Below are positions 16,103-24,098 of a stretch of 32,000 nt of DNA, in pieces. This stretch comes from Chlamydiota bacterium. GTDB taxonomy: Bacteria; Auribacterota; JACPWU01. Location of the stretch: contig JACPWU010000054.1 in NCBI GenBank assembly GCA_016196885.1, forward strand, positions 16,230 to 48,229. The letters run 5' to 3'. Numbering within the stretch: the stretch's first letter is position 1; every line of letters begins with the position of its first letter. Both the position numbers and the translations under genes were made by a program. The notes below the pieces were generated by a model. The model saw only the letters and a list, made by a program, of their open reading frames with translations, was not told where the DNA came from and did no database searches.

Positions 16103-16837
16103 ATGAGTATTCAAGCGGCTCAAAGGCCCCCAGTAGAAATTCCAGACATTCGAGAGCAGGGTGCTCCCAAAGAGGGAACGCCTCAAGTGCTTGACCGCCG
16201 GCTTTTTATGCAGCTTCAGGTCTTTACGGGTTGTCCCCATCCACAACCTCTGGTAGAAGCAGTCAAAAAATCTGGGCTCGAATGTGTTTTGTATTTAGAT
16301 ATAAATGATGCTCAGGGGATTGGCCTCTTGACTTTGACAGAAGATCCCTCTGTCTTGACCCAAACAGCGAGGCAACTTTTACTCTCAGAGCCTTTTGTTC
16401 GGCTCACGCCAATGCGAGAATTCACGATGCTCGGCCGCACTTACTCGAGCGGTCATGAGCAAAATTTAGAGGATTGGCTTTTAGCCAAATCCCGCCGTAA
16501 CCTTTCGAATCCAACGCTCTCCTGGGCCGTCTGGTATCCTTTAAAGCGAAAACCAGAATTTGAACTGCTCTCGAAAGACGAGCAGCGGGCCATTCTCATG
16601 GAGCATGCCAAATTGGGCATGAGTTATGGGACGGGTGGTTTAGCTCATGATGTTCGGCTGGCTTGTCATGGTCTAGATCCTAACAACAATGAATTTGTCA
16701 TTGGGATTGTTTCCTCAAAACTGCATTCCATTTCTCGCCTGGTCGAAGACATGCGTAAAACTCAACAAACGGCCAAATACATCGAATCCATGGGCCCCTT
16801 TTTTGTTGGCCAAGTTTTGTTCTCCTCTGTAAAATAG
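16103..16837 (+). CDS. chlorite dismutase family protein (Cld/HemQ-like haem enzyme)
   Basis: 244 aa. It reads W..WYPLKRKPEFELLSKDEQRAILMEHAKLG (proximal-His context) ...DVRLACHGLDPNNNEFVIGI...MRKT....YIES.GPFFVG. This is the typical C-terminal ferredoxin-like half of PF06778-type proteins. Confidence 0.75.
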   Translation: MSIQAAQRPPVEIPDIREQGAPKEGTPQVLDRRLFMQLQVFTGCPHPQPLVEAVKKSGLECVLYLDINDAQGIGLLTLTEDPSVLTQTARQLLLSEPFVRLTPMREFTMLGRTYSSGHEQNLEDWLLAKSRRNLSNPTLSWAVWYPLKRKPEFELLSKDEQRAILMEHAKLGMSYGTGGLAHDVRLACHGLDPNNNEFVIGIVSSKLHSISRLVEDMRKTQQTAKYIESMGPFFVGQVLFSSVK

Positions 16838-16842
16838 ATGGG

Positions 16843-17427
16843 ATGACGCCGCCCTCTTCTCAACAGCCGACAAAGATCGTGATTAACGGGGATATTTATC
16901 TTTCTGAACCTCTAGAAAAAGACATTCCTTCCATCATTCATCATCTTCAGGAAAAAGAAATTTATGATCTGACGCTTCAAATTCCGTATCCCTACGACAA
17001 AAAAAATGCGCAAGATTTCATCACCCTTGTTCAAAGCCGCAAAAAGCGATATGGCCGCTTGATGGACTGGGCCATTCGCAATTCCAGAAATGAGCTTGTG
17101 GGTATGATCAGTTTTCAGGGGATTTCTTCACGGGATTTGGAAAATGACGAGATCGGCTTCTGGCTTGCCAAACCCTATTGGAATCAGGGCATCATGACCG
17201 AGGTCTTGAAAAAATTTGTGGAATTTGGATTTAAAGAATATCGTTACAGACGTTTTACCCTCAGCATTTTTGTCTTTAACGAGGCCTCTTCTAAAGTAGC
17301 CGAAAAGTGTGGCTTTGTCTTCCAAGGTCTGGCCGAAAAGGTGCACTGCAAAGAGGGTCAATTGATAGACTTAAAACTTTACGCGATACAAAATCCCAAA
17401 CATCCTCCTGGGGTGTCTTTTAATTAA
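16843..17427 (+). CDS. GNAT family N-acetyltransferase (RimJ/RimL-like)
   Basis: 194 aa. EIGFWLAKPYWNQGIMTEVLKKFVEFGFKEY...RFTLSIFVFNEASSKVAEKCGFVFQG is an acetyl-CoA-binding-motif-like Q/RxxGxG/A region with the typical beta-bulge context. Confidence 0.8.
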   Translation: MTPPSSQQPTKIVINGDIYLSEPLEKDIPSIIHHLQEKEIYDLTLQIPYPYDKKNAQDFITLVQSRKKRYGRLMDWAIRNSRNELVGMISFQGISSRDLENDEIGFWLAKPYWNQGIMTEVLKKFVEFGFKEYRYRRFTLSIFVFNEASSKVAEKCGFVFQGLAEKVHCKEGQLIDLKLYAIQNPKHPPGVSFN

Positions 17428-17567
17428 TACAAACACGTTGATTCGCGTGTCATCTCCAGGAGCGCTTTTGCGGGCGAGAGATCTTTTTAAGGGAGGCTGC
17501 ATTGCCGGTGGCAATGCAAAGCCGACCGTGGTAGTAGATGTTTTTTTACATTTCTACTCTTAACTAA

Positions 17568-17645
17568 GAGGGGAGTTCTCCCCCCTTTTATTTAAGAGGA
17601 TAGTTTTTACTCTCCCCTTATTTAAGGGGAGCTGGAGGGGTTAGT
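17568..17645. repeat. cluster of G/C-tract hairpins (same family as 14972-15004)
   Basis: GAGGGGAG-ttc-TCCCCCC (17568-17586), then CTCCCC-ttatttaa-GGGGAG (17612-17631), followed by CTGGAGGGGTTAG. Confidence 0.65.
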
Positions 17646-17659
17646 TTTTGGAGCCAGTG

Positions 17660-18337
17660 ATGACGTTGTCACGCTTTGAAATTCTTTTCGGTATTCCTCA
17701 GACAGAAGTGCGAAAAAATGTACTTCTTCTTCCGATTTTACCTAAAGGGTTTCTTAAGCTTTTGGGCCTTGAAAAACTCATCAGAGGTTTTCTCTACGCC
17801 AGTGCCTCTATGAAAAACTGGACATTCATTCAAACAGGGATGGGCGCTCCCCTGGTGGGGGATGCGGTGCTTTATCTGCAGGCGAGTGCCTGTGAAAATC
17901 TACTTCTTTTCGGTTCTTGTGGGGCATTGCCGCGTTCTCGCTTGGTGATAGGTGATCTTGTTTGCCCTGAAAAATGTTTGGCGCTTGAAAGTTTCAGCGA
18001 ATTTCTTCTGGATGAAATTTCTTCTCTTCGCGTGTTACGTCTTCAAAATCCTCTTGTGAGAAACTTTTTTGGGGGTGCGATTCGTCCCGTGACTTGTGCC
18101 ACCGTGGGCTCTCTCAAATTGGAAGAAGAGAGAGAGGAATGGCTTTTTTTTCAGGGCGTGGACATTGTAGACATGGAATGTTCCGCATTTTTTTCTGCTG
18201 CCCAGTATTGCAAAATATCCGCTACCGCCCTTTTTTATGTCACAGACATTGTGAATGAAAAACCCTTTTATGCAGGAGGAGATTTTAAAATTCCTGAAGA
18301 GGCATTGAGGGTGTTGAAAGACATCATCAAGACTTAG
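17660..18337 (+). CDS. PNP_UDP_1 (nucleoside phosphorylase/nucleosidase) family protein; futalosine-hydrolase-like size
   Basis: FIQTGMGAPLVGDA, LLLFGSCGAL, GDLV, VDIVDMECSAFFSAA and ALFYVTD are the phosphorylase-superfamily motifs. GGAG lies 6 nt before the ATG at 17660; the ORF track starts at TTG 17648. Confidence 0.7.
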   Translation: MTLSRFEILFGIPQTEVRKNVLLLPILPKGFLKLLGLEKLIRGFLYASASMKNWTFIQTGMGAPLVGDAVLYLQASACENLLLFGSCGALPRSRLVIGDLVCPEKCLALESFSEFLLDEISSLRVLRLQNPLVRNFFGGAIRPVTCATVGSLKLEEEREEWLFFQGVDIVDMECSAFFSAAQYCKISATALFYVTDIVNEKPFYAGGDFKIPEEALRVLKDIIKT

Positions 18338-18344
18338 ATTCCGT

Positions 18345-18695
18345 ATGGAAAAAATATACAAAAGAATGCTTGATGGCATGAAGAAAAAAGAGAATCAAAA
18401 GAGAAGGACGAAAAAGGAAAAATGGTTTCTTTATATTTTGAGATGCAATGATCTTTCTTTGTATACTGGGGTCACCAAAGACATTGAAAAACGTTTTGAA
18501 GTGCACGCTCAAGGAAAAGGGGCTCGGTACACGCGTACACGTCTTCCTCTAGAGCTTGTTTATCAGGAAACTTGTAAAACAAGAACTGCAGCCCTGATTC
18601 GAGAATGTGCTGTGAAGACCTTGCCGAGAGTTAAGAAGTTAGCCCTCATTAAGGGGGTTGCTGCCAAGAGAAAGCGTGGTATCGGAAAAAGCTAA
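18345..18695 (+). CDS. GIY-YIG nuclease family protein (UPF0213/YhbQ-like), intact
   Basis: WFLYILRCNDLSLYTGVTKDIEKRFEVHAQGKGARYTRTRLPLELVYQE......ALIRECAVKTLPRVKKLALI is a full GIY-YIG core with a Lys-rich N-terminal extension. Confidence 0.85.
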   Translation: MEKIYKRMLDGMKKKENQKRRTKKEKWFLYILRCNDLSLYTGVTKDIEKRFEVHAQGKGARYTRTRLPLELVYQETCKTRTAALIRECAVKTLPRVKKLALIKGVAAKRKRGIGKS

Positions 18696-18707
18696 CGCCC
18701 ATTAATT

Positions 18708-18746
18708 TTATATGTATTTTTATATGTATAGTAATATGTACATAAT
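18708..18746 (+). promoter_or_regulatory. AT-rich promoter/operator region of the brnTA operon
   Basis: Direct repeat TTATATGTAT at 18708-18717 and 18720-18729. Palindrome ATGTACAT at 18735-18742 overlaps a CATAAT -10-like hexamer at 18741-18746, ~25 nt upstream of the ATG at 18772. Confidence 0.4.
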
Positions 18747-18771
18747 ATTTTAATTTTGGTATTCTAATTCT

Positions 18772-19059
18772 ATGGATGTTGAAACGGGTCTTTTTATTTG
18801 GGATGCTCGTAAAGAATGGGTGAATGTTCAAAAACACAAAATTCACTTCACTCATGCAGCAAAGGTTTTTAAGGATTCTAAAAGGAAAATCTTTATTGAT
18901 TCTAAGCACAGTAAAACAGAAGAAAGATATTTTTGTATAGGAAAAGTAGGAAGTCAAATTCTGACAGTACGTTTTACCTATCGAGAGAATAAAATTCGGA
19001 TTATAGGAGCAGGTTGTTGGAGGAAAGGAAGAGAATATTATGAAAAGAAAGAAATCTGA
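18772..19059 (+). CDS. brnT: BrnT (DUF497) toxin
   Basis: 95 aa. FIWDARKEWVNVQKHKIHFTHAAKVFKDS...DSKHSKTEERYFCIGKVGSQILTVRFTYRENKIRIIGAG is a full-length DUF497 pattern. Confidence 0.8.
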   Translation: MDVETGLFIWDARKEWVNVQKHKIHFTHAAKVFKDSKRKIFIDSKHSKTEERYFCIGKVGSQILTVRFTYRENKIRIIGAGCWRKGREYYEKKEI

Positions 19060-19279
19060 AAATGATATGCCGTATGGGAAGCTCACAAGAATCGAAGATT
19101 TTTTGCCCTCTCCGAGTGAACTTGCCATGCCGGATGAAACTGTGAAAATTACCATATCCTTGAGCAGATCTAGTGTCGATTTTTTTAGGCATGAGGCAAA
19201 ATCCTCTCACACGAAATATCAAAGACTGATTCGGAAAATTTTGGATCGGTATGCCATGCTTTATCAGAAGGCGAGCTGA
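19040..19279 (+). CDS. brnA: BrnA-like antitoxin
   Basis: 79 aa and overlaps brnT by 20 nt. EDFLPSPSEL...VKITISLSRSSVDFFRHEAKSSHTKYQRLIRKILDRY is the typical BrnA/CopG-type C-terminal RHH. An alternative ATG lies ~19067. Confidence 0.75.
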   Translation: MKRKKSENDMPYGKLTRIEDFLPSPSELAMPDETVKITISLSRSSVDFFRHEAKSSHTKYQRLIRKILDRYAMLYQKAS

Positions 19280-19305
19280 TAAATTTTTGATTAGGAGAAT
19301 ATCTC

Positions 19306-19748
19306 TTGGTGCATATGAACTATCTATCTAAATCAGACTTCAAAGTCGCTCGCGAGTGCCCTACAAAACTTTATTACCGAAAAAATCATTATCCTAATTT
19401 AAAGCAGGAAGATGATTTTCTCCAATTGCTGGCCGAGGGAGGCTTTAGGGTCGGCAAGATGGCGCAGCTTTTATTCCCCAAGGGGATTGAGGTCCCAGGG
19501 GGTCGCAATCATGAGGAGGCGATTGCCCAGACGCGAGAATATTTGGAGCGAGAGGACGGGGTGCTCTATGAGCCCGCCATTTATGTGGATGGCATGTTGG
19601 TGCGCGTCGATGTGTTGATCAAGCATGGAAAAAAATCGAACTGATTGAGGTAAAGGCCAAATCTTTTGATGGAGAGGCTTATGAAAAACATATCAAAGGC
19701 GGGATCGAATGTTTTGTGATGGATTCTTTGAAGAATAATCGGAAGTAA
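19306..19748 (+). pseudogene. DUF2779-type (PD-(D/E)XK-like) protein, frameshifted in an A7 run and truncated
   Basis: NYLSKSDFKVARECPTKLYYRKNHYP...LLAEGGFRVGKMAQLLFPKG...MLVRVDVLIKHGKK stops at 19642-19644. The next frame continues as IELIEVKAKSFDGE... and runs to TAA at 19746-19748. One extra A in the run at 19629-19635 would join the frames. As I recall, full-length relatives are several-fold longer. Confidence 0.6.
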
Positions 19749-19857
19749 TTGTCTCACAAGAATGGACATGCATCAAGAGAGAAGGTTTTTCAAAATACTT
19801 TGTTATCTCTAAAAAATGCGAAAGACCCCTCAGAAAAACAGTTCAATTAAACTGGGT

Positions 19858-20103
19858 CTAATGAGCGTTTGAGTGACGCTGACCGGTATGATAATTCTGA
19901 TCATGCCCATGTCTGCCATATTGGGCATTGTAGTTCATACCGGTACCGTGATATCCATCCGTACCATTGTAGCTCATACTGCTGCCATGATATCCCCCCG
20001 TGCCTCTGTTATGATGGCTACCCATGCTTGAGCAGATTCCCGTTGAAGCCAAAACTAGCAAAATTGAAAAACCGACGCCCAGTCCCGACAAAAGAATTTT
20101 CAT
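19858..20103 (-). CDS. small secreted His/Gly/Tyr-rich protein
   Basis: 81 aa. A strong SD (AAGGAGGG) lies ~6 nt upstream of the ATG at 20103. The signal peptide is MKILLSGLGVGFSILLVLAS. The mature part carries GYHG(S/T).M.YN repeats and about a dozen His residues. It lies 77 nt downstream of the cytochrome-porin candidate on the same strand. Confidence 0.7.
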   Translation of the reverse strand: MKILLSGLGVGFSILLVLASTGICSSMGSHHNRGTGGYHGSSMSYNGTDGYHGTGMNYNAQYGRHGHDQNYHTGQRHSNAH

Positions 20104-20180
20104 ATTTCCCTCCTTTATTATTACGGGGCTATGGTAGATGATTTCAGAATGTATCTTTATGATCTAAATCATATTTATTC

Positions 20181-21416
20181 TTAAAACATTGAATCGATAT
20201 TTAAACTAACCACATGTTTCTTTACTTCCTCCGATTCCGCATCAATATGACCGATAAGGCCAATTCGCATATTATCTCTTGGGAAATACCAAATCGCGGG
20301 ACTGAGCACTAAATGATCAATATCGGACGCATCAGAGGAGTGAACCCAATCGGCTTGAAAGGCACAATACCAATGCTCATTGATGGTATAGCCCAAAATG
20401 GATGCAATTCCCTGGAAGTCCGTGTCCTCAAGGCTCATCGTACTAAGATCGAAATCATCGTCGTGCCCAAAGAAATACGCAAACTGTAAGTCCCACTTTT
20501 CGAGGTAACGAATATTCACAGCGGGAGAAAGACGCCAGAAATCATCCTCCGTCTCTCCCGAGGGGGCCCCGGTTACTTCGTCGGTGAGCTGCTTGGTATC
20601 CGTTCCAATAAGTCCCCACAGCGAAACGGCCGAGCCGGCGAAGTCCCCTTCCTCGACAACATAGTACTTGGCCATCCCCCAAAAATTTTTCTTATCATTG
20701 GGATCCTTGATCTCGGCGCCGTTAGAGACACCCACTTCCAGCACGAACGGGCCCTTCCAGCCATAAAGTCCAATTGCTGGAACCGGACCCGTCATAGATA
20801 CAGAGTCATCGCCTGTCCCATTCGCTGATTGAACATCCGAAAGAATCTCATGTTCTGCATTCGTCAATTCACTGAATTTGGAAAGGGCGTTCCACTGCCA
20901 CGTTGACATTTTCCCTACTCGCACATTCAGAAGGGAGGTGCCAAAAAGATTATGAAATGCAACTTGAAAAAATTCATTGCTGATTTCATCCTCATCCACC
21001 TCTGTCTCAATCTGGACGGACGTATTTTTGAAGATCGTCCCTGCGGTATATAATGAGACCGCATTGGGATTGCCAATATCAACACTCGTCTTTGTCTTTC
21101 CGTTTTCTTCCAGACCATTGCCTTCGACAGCAATCGGCGTTACACTCACTCTGATTCCAAAAATATCCGTGAGTTCGTTGAGATTGAGATTATTTCCAAT
21201 AATTTGCTTGGCAACATCGTCGCCATCATCCGTCCCGGGCATTTGAAGCCCATTCAATGCGAATTTATCACCAAAATAATTCAGACGCGGATAAGCCGTG
21301 TGACAAGTCTGGCAACTGACACCGTATTTACGTGCCCATTGGGAAGTCGCATCACTTTCCTTCACGGCATAAAACGATACTAACACGACAAACGCTAATG
21401 AGATTAGCCTCTTCAT
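20181..21416 (-). CDS. outer-membrane beta-barrel protein with a single N-terminal CxxCH haem-c motif (Cyc2-like fused cytochrome-porin candidate)
   Basis: 411 aa. The signal peptide is MKRLISLAFVVLVSFYAVKESDA. CQTCH is encoded at 21300-21314 (residues 35-39). The remaining ~370 aa show alternating-hydrophobic strand patterns, and the protein ends ...VVSLNIDSMF with a terminal Phe, the OMP C-terminal signature. Confidence 0.6.
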   Translation of the reverse strand: MKRLISLAFVVLVSFYAVKESDATSQWARKYGVSCQTCHTAYPRLNYFGDKFALNGLQMPGTDDGDDVAKQIIGNNLNLNELTDIFGIRVSVTPIAVEGNGLEENGKTKTSVDIGNPNAVSLYTAGTIFKNTSVQIETEVDEDEISNEFFQVAFHNLFGTSLLNVRVGKMSTWQWNALSKFSELTNAEHEILSDVQSANGTGDDSVSMTGPVPAIGLYGWKGPFVLEVGVSNGAEIKDPNDKKNFWGMAKYYVVEEGDFAGSAVSLWGLIGTDTKQLTDEVTGAPSGETEDDFWRLSPAVNIRYLEKWDLQFAYFFGHDDDFDLSTMSLEDTDFQGIASILGYTINEHWYCAFQADWVHSSDASDIDHLVLSPAIWYFPRDNMRIGLIGHIDAESEEVKKHVVSLNIDSMF

Positions 21417-21624
21417 GGCCCCCCCTTTTTTTAATTCATATTTTTCACCACTACTGTTCCCTTAAGGAGTCATTCAGTCTTTGCAACCTGAATATTTTCA
21501 ATGTGCCAAACAAAACATCACAACAATAGTAACTCCAATTTATACATTCCAAAAAAATTTGGATACTGATAATCCCAAGCAACTGTCACCATTCAAGTTA
21601 TAATGGGACAGTAGTGATGTAAAT

Positions 21625-22319
21625 TTTTGAAACCTCTGAAAAACCCTTCAAATGACTGATATAATATCAGGAAGAACGAATGGAGGGCAAGATACAAATG
21701 AGTTTCGGGATGTATGAGGATGAACACAGACGACAGAAACGAACAATGCTTGATGAAGTGGAAAGAGTTATTGATTTCGCAAACTAGAGATCAGTCATAT
21801 TGAAGAACATGATCATAACCATTTTAAAGGGATGGTGCCCTCAGGCACACGAAGGGTCTATGCAGATAAGGCGTACTATTCACAGGCTCATAGGGAATAT
21901 CTGAGGGAACGAAAGATTAAAAACTGTATTTTAGCAAAAGGATATAGAAATCGACCCTTGAGTAAGCGTCAAGAAAATCAAAACCGCACATGGGGCAAAA
22001 TAAGAAGTGCCATTGAACCTCGGATCAATGATTTGAAGAATTGGTGCTCGATGCAGCGACTAAGGTACTATAGCCTCGTCAGGAATCGGCTATGGATTAT
22101 GATATGTGGTTTGGCATGTATTGGAAAGAGGGCGATTCAGTTGCAAGCGATGTCAACTTAAGATACGAGTGGCAGTGAGAAAAAATGCTTTCAGTTGAAA
22201 GAAAGAACGAATGATAGATTCAAAATTCTTTTTTTGATCTCGTTTTCAGTTTGCACATTGCAAAAAACTTCAGCGATAGGTTGTTTGTAATAATTAATCG
22301 TTTTCCAGAGGTTTCAAAA
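21625..22319 (+). mobile_element. internally deleted IS5-family-type insertion sequence (~695 bp) with intact terminal inverted repeats
   Basis: TTTTGAAACCTCTGAAAAAC (21625-21644) versus GTTTTCCAGAGGTTTCAAAA (22300-22319) is 19/20 complementary. The element encloses N- and C-terminal transposase fragments only. Confidence 0.7.
21680..22161 (+). pseudogene. IS5-type DDE transposase, central part deleted
   Basis: The N-terminal fragment MEGKIQMSFGMYEDEHRRQKRTMLDEVERVIDFAN stops at 21785-21787. The C-terminal fragment (21832-22161) reads VYADKAYYSQAHREYLRERKIKNCILAKGYRNRPLS..QNRTWGKIRSAIEPRINDLKNW..MQRLRYYSL.RN. This is the ADKGY...RxxVE...K part of the DDE fold. The DD-containing middle is absent. 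Confidence 0.7.
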
Positions 22320-22415
22320 TTAAAGTGGAAAATAAGGACGGGAAAAGAAATTTTTTATTTACTAACCGTTGAAAATGAGGCATAATTTACGGTGATATGA
22401 AGATTGAGAGGGATC

Positions 22416-23558
22416 ATGAAAAACTATCAGCGGCTTTTTTATCCACCTAAATCAAGTTTCTTTCTGTTGGGTGTGAGAGGGGTTGGTAAGAGTACCCTGA
22501 TAAAGCACGTGTTTAAAAATGCCAAAATAATCAATCTCCTAGATGAGGCTCTTTATCAACTTTATCTTTCAAAGCCTCAATCTTTTGTGGAGGATTTGTC
22601 ACTGGTCAAGCCTGGGGATTGGGTTGTCGTAGATGAAGTTCAGCGTTTACCTCAGCTTCTGAATGAAGTACACCGTTTTATTGAAGAGAAGAAAATAAAA
22701 TTTGCGCTTTTAGGCTCAAGCGCAAGAAAATTGAGACGCGCAGGTGTGAATCTTTTAGGCGGAAGAGCTTTGCAAAAATGGATGCATCCCTTTCTTTTGG
22801 AAGAGTTAGGCGATGATTTTTCATTGGATAAAGTGTTTAGGAATGGATCAATCCCCCTCATTTGGACTTCCGTCAATCCCAAAGAACAACTTTTGGCGTA
22901 CATGCAACTCTATTTGAAAGAAGAGATTCAAGCCGAAGCCATTGTGAGAAATTTACCAGGGTTTGCGCGCTTTTTACCGGTCGCAGCTCTTTTTCATTCG
23001 CAGGTCATTAATGTCGAAGGTCTGGGCAGAGATTGTGGCGTTGCCCGATCTACGGTTGAAGGATACTTACAGATTTTAGAAGATACGCTGATTGCATTTC
23101 AAGTTCCTGCTTATGAGAATAAATTAAGGGTTCGTCAAAGAGCTCATCCAAAGCTTTACTGGTGCGATTCGGGTATTGTTAGGGCTGCAAAAAGACAATT
23201 AGAGGGGCTTGCGATTGAGGAAAAAGGTGCTTTATTTGAAGGGTTTATCGCTCAGACGTTGAAAGCCTATCGAGAGCTTGGACGGCTTGATTGTGATCAA
23301 ATTTCTTATTGGTCGGCGGGTAAGAATTCTGTAGAGGTTGATTTTGTGATTGAGAGAGGGAGAGAACTCATTGGCATCGAAGCCAAATCAGGCACGGATC
23401 CCGAAAAGAAATGGTTTGCCGGTTTATCAGCCTTAGAAGACAGTGTGAAATTAAAACGTTCCATCCTTGTTTATACAGGCAAAAGAAAATACAAACATGA
23501 TTCTGGTGTAGAAGTGTTGCCTCTACAAGATTTCATGAAAGAAGTAGAACGGTTTTAA
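22416..23558 (+). CDS. AAA_14/DUF4143 ATPase (intact copy)
   Basis: Walker A is LLGVRGVGKST and Walker B is VVVDEVQRLP. The DUF4143 region is FARFLPVAALFHSQVINVEGLGRDCGVARSTVEGYLQILEDTLI. The C-terminus has ..EVDFVIE....IGIEAKSG. GAGAGGG precedes the ATG at 22416. Confidence 0.85.
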   Translation: MKNYQRLFYPPKSSFFLLGVRGVGKSTLIKHVFKNAKIINLLDEALYQLYLSKPQSFVEDLSLVKPGDWVVVDEVQRLPQLLNEVHRFIEEKKIKFALLGSSARKLRRAGVNLLGGRALQKWMHPFLLEELGDDFSLDKVFRNGSIPLIWTSVNPKEQLLAYMQLYLKEEIQAEAIVRNLPGFARFLPVAALFHSQVINVEGLGRDCGVARSTVEGYLQILEDTLIAFQVPAYENKLRVRQRAHPKLYWCDSGIVRAAKRQLEGLAIEEKGALFEGFIAQTLKAYRELGRLDCDQISYWSAGKNSVEVDFVIERGRELIGIEAKSGTDPEKKWFAGLSALEDSVKLKRSILVYTGKRKYKHDSGVEVLPLQDFMKEVERF

Positions 23559-23645
23559 AAGGATTTTGGAAAATGATTCCAAAGCCTTTTGAGTCGATCT
23601 TTGTATTTTGTATACTAAGATCTCTATAAAAAATGATGCCATCAT

Positions 23646-23695
23646 AATACCATTAATATAATGGTATTGTCAAGTTGTTTCAATGAAGTCATAAT
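23646..23695 (+). promoter_or_regulatory. sigma70-type promoter with overlapping palindromic operator for the RHH gene
   Basis: TTGTCA (23667-23672), a 17-nt spacer, then CATAAT (23690-23695). The palindrome AATACCATTAATATAATGGTATT (23646-23668) abuts and overlaps the -35. The ATG at 23702 is only 6 nt past the -10, which implies a leaderless or near-leaderless mRNA. Confidence 0.5.
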
Positions 23696-23701
23696 CCTTT
23701 C

Positions 23702-23869
23702 ATGAAGAAAATGGTTCGATTTGAGCTTCGTCTTTCTGGGAATTTGCATAAAAAACTTGGCGAGATCTCAAAGAGGGAGACTCGATCCCTACATGCACAA
23801 ATCCTTCATTTCCTTCAGTTGGCCGTTGAAAAGTACGGAAAAGAAGGGAAGGAAATCAAAATAGATTAG
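23702..23869 (+). CDS. Arc/MetJ-type ribbon-helix-helix DNA-binding protein (55 aa, below the ORF-track cut-off)
   Basis: MKKMVRFELRLSGNLHKKLGEISKRETRSLHAQILHFLQLAVEKYGKEGKEIKID shows the beta-strand (FELRL), helix (L.KKL..IS), RS.N/H..I helix pattern of Arc-family repressors. The stop is TAG at 23867-23869. Confidence 0.6.
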   Translation: MKKMVRFELRLSGNLHKKLGEISKRETRSLHAQILHFLQLAVEKYGKEGKEIKID

Positions 23870-24098
23870 CTACCATTTCTTGCCGATCGCTTCGGCGTTT
23901 ACGAAGGGATTATTCCTTACTTCATGACTACGTAAACCGCAACGATTCTCGTACAACCCATTCCTGTAGCGCTTTGATAAGCCATAACTTATTGGAAATA
24001 AGTATATTACAATAAAAAATATATGTATAAAGGTTATATACCGCTAAGTTATTATACTAGTATAATTAGTAAAAAATAATTGATATCATGTATAACAT

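Noticed and set aside
21447-21618. An imperfect inverted repeat (CACCACTACTGTTCCC / GGGACAGTAGTGATG) flanks ~150 bp upstream of the cytochrome-porin gene.
   Set aside because: Only ~14 of 16 positions pair, there are no further copies in the window, and the match could be chance in AT-rich promoter DNA. I noted it but do not call it an element.
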